The notes under the pieces are model-generated. The model worked only from the letters and a program-made list of their open reading frames with translations, did not search any database and had not been told where the DNA came from. A stretch of 63,448 nucleotides of DNA, counting the filler, from Collodictyon triciliatum (Eukaryota), in the NCBI GenBank assembly GCA_043381765.1. It is 9 parts of 9 records of this genome, joined end to end, with 100 filler letters (N's around TTAATTAATTAA, not from the genome) between each part and the next. Parts side by side here need not be neighbours in the genome. Positions count along the whole stretch, not along the records: positions 46,610 to 54,253 come from JBHJMP010003802.1; positions 54,354 to 61,997 come from JBHJMP010003804.1; positions 62,098 to 63,448 come from JBHJMP010003861.1; 6 more parts are not named here. One strand, given 5' to 3'. Positions 50,401 through 63,448 of this stretch are shown in pieces (within the stretch, counting starts at the first letter, position 1; every line of letters starts with the position of its first letter). Position numbers and translations under genes: made by a program.

Positions 50401-53400
50401 AATATTTTTAGCTTTGTAAAGCATAGATGCATGTCATTTCGTTTTTAAAAGTATACTTCGAATACTAGGAAAGGAAAGGTCATTTATTACTCCAAGGTCA
50501 TTCGGGGCCTGTGTATGGAATCGCAGCTCACCCAACAAAGCCTATTATCGCTGCTACAACTCATTCTGGTAAATATTCAAATCCTACAAAACAAAATGCA
50601 AAGGACTTATTACTGTATATATCGTGGACATGAACATCATAAGATATAATTTTTTTCTTCAAGGTGATATTCTGCTTTGGGATTACTCAATCAAAGCTGT
50701 GGTTGTGAAAAGGCACTTTGAAAAGCTTCTTGGCCATTGCCTTACTTATAATCATAATGGCACATTATTGGGTACTTTATCATTTGTATAATTTTAAAGC
50801 AGAAATTGTGTCAAAGCTTCCTGCCGAATTAATGTCGTAGTTTGTATCTTGATTTACATATTTCCAAATGTTGCAGCTGTCGGGTTCACACAAGGAAACG
50901 TCCGCATACTTAATTCCTCTACACTTGAAGTTAGTACCGTGGCTTTTATATTTGTATATACACATATTTATTATTTATCATCGCATTATTTTGAATTGTT
51001 TATTCACAAAATGGTCCTTATAATTTTTCTCATGAAATGAAATAACTGGAAATAGGATGTCAAAACATTTCGGTCTTCCAAAGACTGTATTCTGAATATC
51101 ATATTCAGCCATGATGGGACTTTTTTAGCCACTGCTGACTATGATAAATGCGTTGCTATATTCAAGAAAGATGAAACTGACCAATGGGTTTATATCGGAA
51201 AGTATCGCTCCCACTACAAACCAATCACAGGTATTTGTGTTACATTTTTTTTTTACCCTTATAATCGAGAAAAGAAAAGAAAACCATGCGCTCGGTAGAG
51301 TGTAATTTGCATGAGAATTATTTATCATCACTGCAACAGGACTTGTTTTTGGAGTGGAAACTGGAGACCCTCCAGAGCCACGTCTTCTTTCAGTTGGCGA
51401 GGACCGAAGCTTGGTTGAATATGACTTAATGAATAGCAGCATTACAGGAGGCCTCGTTTTGAAGGTTTTTACTCTATAAAAGAACTGTGTGGAGCATATT
51501 TACACACTCACGCTCTTGTGTCCATTTATCTGGAGCGTTTCTCATGCTATCCCCTTTGAAGAATATTGACAGAATCGAACAAACTGCTATCCCGACTGCA
51601 TTTATGTGGCACCCATTGCATGGAAAAGAAGACTTTCTAGTCACTGGTAAAACACATGACTTTTATCGTGATTTTCCCCGATTGATGGAGAATACTTGAC
51701 TTTAACCTGCCAGCTGAAATGCCCTTTTGAATCAATCATAGCTAATGACCAATACAAGATGAAACTGCATAATTCTCACACAAAAATGTGTCGTAAAACA
51801 CTCTTGGGACCTACATTTGGTGGCCCTGTGAACAAGTATGCGGCGATTAGCCACTCTTCATTAAATTTGATTGGTTCAGTTAATGTGCATCGGCTAAAAA
51901 ACTACTAAAAAACTACCAAAAATTACTAAAATATGCAAAATACCGATGTATGTATGATGATTTGCAGCAACTTTCCTTTTGTTTTGGGTTTAACTAATGT
52001 ACTCTTGTTCAGAATGAAAATGCTACCTACTCTTCCAGATGGGAGATTATATGCAGCATATGGAACTCACGAAAAAGTGGGCAATCACATCATACATATA
52101 ATTAATTCTGGCATATCCATGACTCATTATAACATATTTAATTTCAAATGCAACTTTTTCATCAGGTCATTGGAATGGTGAAGCTCCCATTTGACGGAAA
52201 TCCAGCAAAAAGTATGGGACTTATTGCTCACCCAAGAGAAGTGGCAGACTTGACTACCACATATGATGGCATGATTGTCTCATGTGGTGGCGCCGACTAT
52301 TCCATAAATCTGTGGACACCTGACCATAAAGTTATGGATTACCTCGCCAGTTTGGGTGGAGAAGGTAAGTATCAAGTGTATATCATCCTATTCGAACTTG
52401 CTTGTACGATCTACGAGTTAAGCACGATTCATATCAAATAGAATTCATTACCAGAATCATTGCGTGAAAGAATCAAATTTTTTTCCCACCCATAATGTCC
52501 CTTAACAAATGCTCTACACACATGTAGGTATTGATCCATATGTCAACTTGATTGAAGGAGGAAAAGACGGCGATTTCTATGAAGAAATGATTCAGTATTT
52601 CTACTATGCACAAATTCACAGGTTTATTTTTTTTTTGAAAAAAAAAGTAGTGGTAATATCATTATTATGATTCCTTTCGAAGAAGCGCAATCAATGTTCT
52701 CTCTACGTTCAAGACGAACTTTTGTATTCCACTGCGACGAATTCCCATCTTTTTTACATACTTGCAACATGTGTATTCTAGCCAGGGAGAGTATAGCACC
52801 AAAGCTAGAAACATCACTGGCAAAATACCTCTCGATGAAATCCCCAACCTGGTTCGCGCTCTCGGCTATTATCCAACGGTGCAAGAGGTATCATGGACAT
52901 ATGATATATACGTTTTCCTGATTGTAAAATTGCGTCTTTTTCACTGCTCTTCCTTCTTATTTTTTTTCCGAAGCATTAAACATTGCTCATGACGAAAACC
53001 AACCATCTCATCCTATATGTAGGTCGAGGATATGACTAACGAAGTGAAGTTCAGCTCATATGTCGATACTGGAGAGTACATCGATAGCATCAACTTTGAT
53101 GATTTTCTTCGAGGTATGCAAACCTGCGGTATTTACCCCCATCACCCACTAACATACTCATTCTATTTGAGCACAGCCCACAAAAACATACGAACCCATA
53201 CCATCACGATAAACTCTCAGTGTAGAAATCTCACTTAACCCGAATCACAATGCAGTTTATGTCAATCACCGCCCTGTCTTTGGAATCGGCAGGGAGGATA
53301 TTGAGAGGGCCTTCAAAATTCTTGGGGCAGAGCCCATCACTGGACTGTTAGACAGAGACACGCTCGTGACTTTCCTTCAAACTAAAGGTAGACATATTCA

Positions 53401-53904
53401 TCCTGTCAGGCCAGGCTATTCAATCCCTGCGAATATAGCGAATTTAAGTGGCGTTTGAACAAAAGAGACTCCAACATCCACCCTACAATTTCAACATATT
53501 CTGCAAGGAGATGGAGCGCAACAATAACAAAAAAAAAAAAAAAAATGAATAAATCTCCTGTTGTGCTTGATGAAGGTAGTCGTCTCTCTTGCTAAGTATA
53601 CAACATTCCACCTCACCATCAAGGTGAAACCATGACTGAGGAGGAGCTACAGAACAGTCTCTCGAATCTGCTGGGTTCTCTGTCCGGCCCAAACGGACCA
53701 CGCCTCGAGTCACAGCTCACCGCAAAGTCCTTTGCCGAACGTGTTCTTGGATTCGAGGCCTCGGATGTTCAGGACTCTGGCCTCGCAGGATACGACCCGT
53801 CACAGCTGGCTTCGCAATCACACAACCACAGCCGCGTGGCTGGAGTGAGCCAAGACCAGACCGCCGCAGAGCACGATGAATACGAGGAAGGAGGAGAGTA
53901 TTAA
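47472..53904 (+). CDS. CFAP251: Cilia- and flagella-associated protein 251 (WDR66), WD40 repeats plus EF-hand-like C-terminus, more than 20 exons
   Basis: [115 protein letters not shown]; stop at 53904. Confidence 0.93.
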
Positions 53905-54353
53905 ATGCAACAGATAAATAGAGAAAAGCCCACGCATTCACATGCAGATAATTGGATGTCAGTGCAGTTGCTTGTTTTGTTTGTTTGTTTGTTTGTTTGT
54001 TTGTTTGTTTGTTTGTTTGTTTGTTTGTTTGTTTGTTTGTTTGTTTGTTTGTTTGTTTGTTTGTTTTTGCTCTCCTTTTTTCTTTTTTGTTTCTTGCTCA
54101 CATGATATCTTCACATGCGAGTCGCTTTGCGCGGTCGTTGCTGCCGAGCCGGTGATGAATCGAATGTTCTCTCCTTGGGTGATTCGACCGACTCGTATAT
54201 GTGTATGTTTTGATGGAATGAAGAGTTCTGAGCCGGAAAATCTTATCACTGAANNNNNNNNNNNNNNNNNNNNNNNNNNNNNNNNNNNNNNNNNNNNTTA
54301 ATTAATTAANNNNNNNNNNNNNNNNNNNNNNNNNNNNNNNNNNNNNNNNNNNN

Positions 54354-55215
54354 GCTTATTACCACAAACTGCTCTAAGGCTTCACCCTCGCAAGCAGCCA
54401 GCATGATAGCACCAATAGATGCAGGCGAATTGTGGAAAGCGGTCAAGTCGCTGCACAACGGAAAGGCGCCAGGTCCAGATAGGCTGCCCAACGGAATATA
54501 CTCCGCTTTCTTTACTGAGTTCAAGGAATTATTGGTGACTTTTCTGAATGGAATCATGTCTGGTGGCGACCTGCCGCAAGGATTTACAGAGGCCACAGTG
54601 CGGCTGATACCAAAGAAAGGAAACTCGAGCAACCTTGCAGACTGGCGGCCAATATCACTGTTGAATAATGACTACAAGATATTTACGACGCTACTCAGAA
54701 ATCGCATATCACCCATCGCTGACAAGATTTCTACTTTTTACCATATAAATGTATAATATGAGCTGTGGACAAGACAGCGGAAACCCCGGATTGTGTGGTT
54801 GGAGTTTTTGTGTTTTGGGTGAAAGAAGAAGAAAAGAAAATAGAAAGGAGAAAATATGATCTCACACGCAGACTATTCTACCCGAGGTGATTGAGCTCCA
54901 ACATGATTTCTGGTTGTATTCGACACTAGTAAAAGAGCGGATAAAGTTGTCAGGTTAATGAAAGTACGCGCATGGCAGTTACTTCGAAAATCTATTCCGA
55001 CGAGTCCTTTCAGGTGTCTATCTCGGGCAAGACTTACACCCTATTTCATTCCACAGGATGAGTCTTTTGAGGAGACAACGGGTCACTTTCCTTGCGTGTC
55101 TTTTCGGGTGACTCAGACAAAAAGCGATACATCGTTGTTCGGTTTTAACGGAAGTGGCGCTTGACCGTCAATTGGTTTCGGAACCATGCGTAGCCGGCAG
55201 TGGACTTCGCTTAAC
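54354..55215 (+). mobile_element. L1/Tx1-like ORF2 remnant: RT N-terminal domains, then zf-RVT-like fragment
   Basis: ELWKAVKSLHNGKAPGPDRLP..FY-like, LIPKKG..LADWRPISLLNNDYKIFT (RT domains 0-2), truncated at about 54730. Confidence 0.9.
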
Positions 55216-57668
55216 TGTATTATGTAATTTTGTATGATATTATTGGATGAATTGTTCAGTATCTTAAAATTCATTTCAGTTGATGTGGTTTGCGGTGATT
55301 TTGTATTTTTTAGGAAAAAATTTATATGACACAATTGACGATGGTGTGATGGAATGAATTATTTTTGCAATATGTGATAAATAATGTGTTTTATTAAATT
55401 AGAATTGATAGGATTGATTTCTTTGTTGCTTTGGAATCTATCTCCGTATAATTGCAACATGTCTTTATATTTTCGTATTTTAACTTCGGTGTCATGAAAA
55501 AGGGAGTGTGATGTCTTAGAGACCAGCACACTTATCATTTTGTTAAAAGAACAAATATAGGCTATACGAGTATTGGAGTGAGAGATTTGGTATCCAAATG
55601 AAGTCGTCCTCTAATAGTGCCAGTATCTACACGGAGCGAAGGATACTCGTGAGTTGTGGAATGGATATTCCATAATAATGGAAATTGTGTGAAATAGCCT
55701 TTATATGTGTTGCACTTTACACATATTTTGTATGTTTAACAGAAATAATCGAATTGAGCTTAAGATACTTGGACATCAAGGCAGCGAATCAAAGAGTTAA
55801 TCAATTAAAATTGTGGTCACTTCGCTGGACTATCCATCTCATATATTGTCCTCGTATATTCTTATTGATTAACAAGTTGTTTTTTTTACGATTTAATTCA
55901 TTGTGACGTAGCGCCAATTTTGCATACTATGTCAGGTTTTAAACTTCTGTCATTATAAAGTCACCTCATATAGAAGATACTGAAAGGGAACTTAAAAAAA
56001 CATTCTATCAGAACGACTCATACAGACGCAACCGTACTAGACGATGGATATTATTTAATTAAAAAGTATCAGTGGGTAAGATAAATCAATATATATATAT
56101 TTCAATGAAAAATGTCGAGTACTTAAAGAAGTAAAAAAAGTAAAAAAAAAACACAATAAAAAGGATTATGAGATGAATTTATTCATTTATCAATGCTGAA
56201 GGGAATGTGATACCTAAATCATGATGATTAAAAAAGTATTATCTGTGTGTGTCTGTCGCTATGCTTTCATCCTTTCCCCTATCACGACAAAATTTCTTTG
56301 TGCTTGTGGAACTGATGGAATCTCACTGTTATCACTTTGCAAATTCAAAGTTGATGAATTTTAAACGGCTGACAAGGGACATGTGTCTGTTGCGAAGGAT
56401 GCCGCAGCCCAAGATTCAAGCATATATGAGATTCTGTCATCATCAATTTTCAACTGATTGTTACGTGTGTGCTTGTCGAGGTATTTGATTATTATCACAA
56501 TCACTCCAAACCTGCCAACACGACCGATGAATGAACTACAATATAATGCGCATGCAACCTGCGGACGGGGCACAAACCCTCTGCAAGTCGTAGAATACAA
56601 ATGTTTAACATCTGAATGGATTGACCCAAATTCTTGTGCTTCACAAATCCCCCCAAAGAAGCCAACTTGTCAGATAGAACATCCTCTTATCATCAATTCA
56701 TTCATGCGGGCTATCCTTGTCGGGATAAGAAGGGTAGGCAGGCTTTTAGCGCGGCATTGTGGAGTTTATTGGACGACTTTGGCGCTCCTCGCAGCTAATA
56801 TCTTTCTCATTTTGGGATGGCTGGGGTTTGTAGCGCTCCACAGTTGGAATCCGTCCTCGCTGAGAACTGAACCACTAAAAGGAGTCACTACGCAAACTGA
56901 TGGGGTATTTTCCAACAGTTATATGTGATGCCGTATCCCAACTCGATGGGAAGCAGCCCCGTGGCTTCATCGAGGCTCCTGGCAGTAGTGTCTGCTGCGG
57001 GAACCAACACACCCAACAGGTATGCGCCATAAATTTACCGAATTATTTTTATTCTCATAATATTAGCTGCTGAGCCCGTCTCATCAACTCTTCATTCAAG
57101 CATCAGGCAAGTAGTTCCAAAAAAGATGAGGATATGTAAGAGATAGAAAAAAAACAGGGATAATAATAAATGAAAAAGGGAAAAGAGAGGTCCTCGAGGC
57201 TGGATAAGAGACGCATGGAAAATTACCGAGTTTTTGCAGCAGGAATACACGTCGTGCATCATTGGAAGATACCACACCTGGAGCAGTCGAGATTGTTCTG
57301 TCTTCATAATCACCACACGAGCCATACATCGCACACAAGCGATACACAGCCCAATTCACCCACTATAGGGGGAACGACGACATCTTAATTTGGACGGAAG
57401 ATTCGCTGGCCTTTGTAGGATATTTAACTTTTATGCAGTCGAAATCACTTCTGCCATGCGCTCTCTCTTTCACCCTACCTTGCCACGTCGCTCATTTGCA
57501 ATGCGCGTTCTATTCTCTGTGCGAACAACTGCACCGCTCTCACCCGAGCAACTCTCATCCATTGTAATTTGTCAAGTAAAGTCATAAAAAAACAACAACA
57601 TTATTCAACACACTAACACGCAATCCCAGTTCACTTGCCCAAACCGACCCCAACTCACTTCTGTCAGC

Positions 57669-60280
57669 ATGGCCAACAAGGTTGCGCTTTTGGATGATCT
57701 CCGAAGAATCACTGGAGAACCCGGCATTGCCTCTTTAAAAAAGCTCCGAAAGTTAAGATTTTTCCGGGAAAGGCCTAACATCCGTTCCGCCTGGCGTTTT
57801 TTTGTTGGCTGGCCTGAAAGAATGGCATCTTTACCATAATCAGCTGTCATCACTGCCTCCACAAATATCGTTTCTGACAGGCCTCACTCTTATTAACGTT
57901 CGAAACATCCCAGTTTGTTTTTTTTTTCATTCATTACAACAATTCAATATTTTTTTAAAATGATAAAAGAAAAAAATTCTGACAATAACACATACAGATG
58001 GAGGAGTTTTTTTTACCACAAATCACATCGCTTACAAATTTGAAGGAGCTTTGGACAAGATGTTTAGGGATGGACACCAAGCGAGGCATATATCCAACTC
58101 CACTCGCTAAATTCGACCGGAAAAAACATATCCGTGCTTCCAGCCAACATATCCCTCCTGGTGAATCAGAAGTCCATCAACGTCAGCCAGAACATAGTAA
58201 GTAAAACAAAATCGGCATAAAAAGTATAAATATCAATATTTGATAACTAACAAAGTGCACATGACTTGACACTAATCACCTTTCCGCATGGCGACCAAAT
58301 GGCGACCAAAAGGAGATAATTTACGCTTCCAACAATAACGTTTATTCTCCTTCACTCTTATTTGTTGATCCATTTTACTAGAATTTTTTCTCGTAGTTAA
58401 GCCCTCTTTAATTAATCACAATAAATAGATAGATATCGACCCTGCCAGCTAATATCGAACTTGACGAATCTCACAAATCTCACAAATCTCAGCGTCAGCA
58501 GCAACAAGGTACGCATATAAATGTACACAGACATAAATATAAATATTGGAATATATGTTAACATAAGATTCACATAGCCTAGTATACCTTATGCATTAAC
58601 TGACAAATGTACACGGAGATTTTTAGTTCGATGCATTCCCCGCAGCCATTTGTACAATAACAATTATCGAGACCCTCAATATTTCTGGAAATCAGGTCAT
58701 AGAACTACACGATATGCACACAAAAAAACGACTGGTGAAGAGTGATTATGCAAACTTAGTAATCATTCCCCATTTAAACTCACCTACTGTACGAATCCAG
58801 ATTGCACATCCCAGATGCCATAGCAAATCTCGCAAATCTTCAAAAACTGGACTTATCTAATAAAGTCATTTCATTTTTATTCTCTTCCATTGTACTATTT
58901 ATTTATTTATTTATTTATTTTCATATAAGTTATATGGCCTTATTACACAAAGGAATAAAATTGTAAAAAAAACATTAATTTCACATACAGATCGCCATCA
59001 TACCCCCATTCATCACTAAGCTTGAAGACCTTCGAAATGGACTGAATATCAAAGGAAACCCCCATCAAAAACGCACCAGAGAATGTCACCAGAAATAGGT
59101 CTGAGGCAGCCGTTGATTTCCTGGCAAACTCCATGAAGGGTACAATAAAATGGACCCAAGGAAGACTCCTGCTATTGGGTGAGGGAGGGGCAGGTAAGAA
59201 AACCCTCACTAAATCAATCACACAAAATCACTGGTTTTTCATGAATATGCCAGACCAGCTAAGGATTGAAATTGATGGTATTGCTCACATTGATATGGAT
59301 GAGTCGATGATGGGTGAACTTTTCAAGACAAAGATATCCATGCGAATCTGGGAATTTGGAGGACAAGACGAGTTCCAAGTGACACATCCATTCTTTTTAT
59401 CATCAGGCGCTCCCTTTTTAATCCTTTACAGACTTGACCAAGGCAAGGAGAAGAATAACCTCAGCCGCTGGGTCAAAATGCTTGATGACTTCGCACCTGG
59501 CTCAAAAATCATAATCGCTAGGACTCACAAAGATTGTCAAAGCCGGGTCTATAAGCAAGAAATGATGGAAAGTAATCAAGCGAATCAAAAATGATAAAGA
59601 ACTGAGGCTGAATGAAAAGGCTCACCACACATTCAAAGACAGAGTTGAAAGTAAGCAGCAAGAATGGGTCAAAAATATCGAGTTTGAAGAAGAGCGAACC
59701 AAAGCCAACATCTTCACCATCCTGCACAAAATTGAAAGGAAGAATAAAAAAAAATCGAGTTTGAAGAAGAAGTATATAAAGGAATGATGAGGTTTGACGA
59801 TATGAACAAGGACATTCGAAAAACATACATCAGGCTGAAAGATTACCTGGATTCAAAAGGCCAAATATCAAACTACGAAAGAATCCAAGACACATACAGC
59901 TTTGCAGATAAACAGTTGGATATGCACAAAAATGGGCGCAAAATTGCCCTCTAATTCCTTCACAACCTTGGCTCTGTCATCTGTTATTCATCACTTGAAA
60001 ATATCAAAGATATAATATTATAGACCCACTCTTTCTAACTAACATTTTCCGCTGTGCCTTCATCTTCAAATGCATTTGGAATGACACAAGTCGCATCATT
60101 TTGTTGGGCAAGCTAAAAGACCAAATCAAACAAGTACTGAATGCAGAACTAAATTAGATAAACAAGTTTTAAATACAATTCTTCCAATGTTTGACCATTT
60201 TTGGATTGGTATTCAATTCAACAGAGAATGCACCACTTTCCCCTCACTTTTGGAAGATTGCCAAAACCTCAAAGTGTTAT
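57669..60280 (+). pseudogene. Roco-family (LRR-Roc-COR) gene, decayed
   Basis: LRR exon remnants at 57998-59070; Roc motifs RLLLLGEGGAGK, IWEFGGQDEFQVTHPFFLS, IIIARTHKD; COR-like LHNLGSVI..IDP. Stops, frameshifts and a retro-insertion are present. Confidence 0.8.
59694..59753 (+). mobile_element. Very short 5'-truncated retroposon insertion with poly(A) and 17-bp target-site duplication
   Basis: atcgagtttgaagaaga at 59677-59693 and 59754-59770 flanks gcgaaccaaagcc...gaataaaaaaaa. Confidence 0.85.
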
Positions 60281-60287
60281 GGAATTA

Positions 60288-60560
60288 TTTTTTTATTCTT
60301 CCTTTCAATTTTGTGCAGGATGGTGGAGATGTTGGCTTTGGTTCGCTAGCCATCGTTCGCACTGACGCTACTTAGTGGCCGGGTGGCGGAGAAGTAGTCG
60401 GTACTCAGGGATTGCATCCTGCGGTTTGGCCTGTAGCCTGGGTCTTGTGCTTGCATGAGAGATACAAGGCGAGGTTTAATATCCTTCTCAGCCTCTTTCC
60501 ACATGTCTCTTCTCATAGGGTCTAAAAAATGAAAAACGTGCAGGTGGCGAAGGGAGCTGT
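60288..60560 (-). mobile_element. Longer inverted copy of the same retroposon 3' end (distal boundary approximate)
   Basis: 60288-60346 is the reverse complement of 59694-59753; GC-richer sequence continues to about 60560. Confidence 0.65.
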
Positions 60561-61894
60561 TGAGGAAAGAAATTAGTATGATGTCATTCAGCCTATTATC
60601 AGGAATACGATTATGTCGTCATATGTAATTCGATATTTTCAACATAAGGTCTACTAAATACTATTTAGAGGCAGCATCATTCTTCATTTATCATTCCGAT
60701 GTCTTTTTTTTTTTGTATTTTTATTCATATAGGAATGATTGCATTCATGCCTCTTGATGGGCTGCTGAAGTAAACGAAAGTGAAAGAGGTTTTTTATAAT
60801 GAATCTGTATTTTTTTAACTTCACACACGGAAATCGATTGATACAGGGACTGTATGAATTCTGTCGACTTTGATTGTCCCTTCAGTCTATTCTTATCCAA
60901 TTCTAATAACCTTTAACACCTGTAGCCACAGCGCAACCGAATTGCTTTCACTCAGAATAACATAATGTTGATGTATAAAATGATTCTATTCATGATTATG
61001 CCCACATTGATGAGAAAGATAATCATTCGTTTATACCATGCAGGAACCAAATGAAGGCCTTTGAATACCCAATTTGGCCGAAAGTAGACGAATTTGCTTG
61101 CTTATTATGTTTCGCGGCTCACGGTTTATTACTTTGCCTGAAATGAAAGATTATATTAAACAAATGCTTTTATTTTACATAATTTTTTTACGTGATTAAA
61201 ATAAAAGATTTATAAATTTATGTCCGTTTCATGCTCCATCGCTAATGTGGATAATATCAGAATAGCTCAGCACATCATATTTTTAATTGTTTTTTTTTAA
61301 AATTTAATTCAATCGAAAAATATTTAAGCAAAAAGAGGTGTTTATATATCAGTATCATAATAATCTCGAAATATATGTTTCATTTTATCTTGGTTTCCGA
61401 TGAGTTTGTTTAATGATGAATCAGAAGTAACTTATTAATGAATAATGATAGTCATACTTGGGTTTATAAGAACATACCAGCTGATGAGAGAAAACCGAAG
61501 ATTTAATATCAAAATATTAGTTACTAAGCAGCGATGATATATGATTATTTTTTTGAGGAGTTTTGATTCTAATAGCCTTTGTTTAGTCATATTTTGAATA
61601 ATTTCATTTCAAACAAATATATAGAAATCATCTTTTGTACCTGATTTTCACTAAATTTATCTCACGCTCTGAATCTTGCAAACGTCATGGTAAACGGACA
61701 TGAGACAAAAAAACCAAGGGAAAGGGAGCTGTTCGATCTGCTGCTACTGCCGATGGGGCGGAGGGGTAGTTGGATGGACGGCTCCTAGTTTTTCCGATGA
61801 TATGAAGAGATGGTCTAAGGAACGATTTGTGGGGTGTGGGGATGAGTTGTTGTTTGAGAAACGGTAAGTCTCTTTGTTGTCCAAAATTTCATAA

Positions 61895-61997
<103 letters not shown>

Positions 61998-62591
61998 NNN
62001 NNNNNNNNNNNNNNNNNNNNNNNNNNNNNNNNNNNNNNNNNTTAATTAATTAANNNNNNNNNNNNNNNNNNNNNNNNNNNNNNNNNNNNNNNNNNNNAAA
62101 AAAAAACAAAAAAAAAAAAAAAAAAAAAAATAATTTTTTTTTTCCAAAAAAAAAAAAAAAAAAAACTCAACATTTCGATAAATTTGTCGGATTTATTTGT
62201 CCATTTATTTTCGATTGTGCGCAGTTAAAAAAAAGAAAAACTGTTTTTTTTTTCTCACGCAAAAATCACTGCAGAGCGGTCAAACTGGGCGGCAATTTTG
62301 ATGATTTTCTTTTTAAGCAGAGAATCTATCTGAATGGGCTTGTAGTTCGTTTCCTGTCAAAGTATTTTTTTTATCACATTTGGATATTGTAAAATGATTT
62401 ATTCACTATGCAATAGCTTTGACACCTTTAGGCACAAAAATTGTACAATCACATGCAAATTAAAACGCATGATGCTTATTATGAAATAATCAACTAGTGA
62501 TTGGTAGAACCTTCATAACATTCAATAGGCAATCCTCATCACAGAATAGCTCATTATATAAGCTTCAAGAAAATAATCAAGCAATACTCAC

Positions 62592-62989
62592 AAAATTCCC
62601 ATGGCCGAGCTGACCTGAACTATTTTCACCCCAGCTGTAGATAAAACCATCCTCTAATTATTTTTTTTATTTGTTTTCAAGAGTTATTCGTGACAATTGA
62701 AAAAATAAATAAATAAATTCAAAGGTTATCACATTCTTGTGATATTTATATTTATAATTTTCTTCCAAGTATTACGAGCGATGTATTAATGCGTTCTTAG
62801 GACTGAATACACTACCTGTCAATGCTATCGAGTGAGTTGAACCACAAGCAATTTGCTGAATCTCTCTATGGGTCAAGCTTCGAATTTCTTCGGGTTGAGT
62901 GATGACAGGGACAAGTTTTGTTGACCCCCTTTTGGCCACGGCCGTACCAGCATATGTGGATAATCCCCACCCAAACACGCGACCATCAC
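62592..62989 (-). CDS. RCC1-repeat protein (internal exons 62989-62816 and 62653-62592)
   Basis: DGRVFGWG...IQQIACGSTHSIALT|EDGFIYSWGENSSGQLGHG matches the RCC1 repeat consensus. Confidence 0.88.
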
Positions 62990-62999
62990 CTTAAAGTGA

Positions 63000-63448
<449 letters not shown>

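Noticed and set aside
56249-57390. 156-aa ORF 56458..56928 and neighbouring ORFs
   Set aside because: Non-ATG start, no recognisable domain and no consistent exon structure.

Overview
Eukaryotic, intron-rich, AT-rich DNA from a flagellated microbial eukaryote (ARL13B, CFAP251). The window is nine unrelated small contigs (eight of about 7.6-7.7 kb plus a partial ninth) joined by artificial 100-nt N44-TTAATTAATTAA-N44 linkers, so neighbourhoods across linkers are meaningless. Host genes: a Cys-rich tandem-repeat multi-pass membrane protein, ARL13B, an NHL-repeat protein, a Rab8/Sec4-like GTPase, UFC1, a PAP/OAS1-type nucleotidyltransferase, acid sphingomyelinase, CFAP251, a decayed Roco gene and an RCC1-repeat gene. 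There are several L1/Tx1-like retrotransposon remnants and satellites. Two things stand out. (1) Two direct copies of a decayed Fanzor1 (eukaryotic TnpB-like RNA-guided nuclease) element that the ORF track largely misses, with a structured candidate omega-RNA downstream of copy 1 and a small intact spliced divergent ORF in both copies. (2) A gene-dense, intronless, virus-like ORF cluster with AAATTGAAAC upstream motifs that begins just after a 16-bp hairpin. All calls come from manual translation and motif recognition; no database searches were run.
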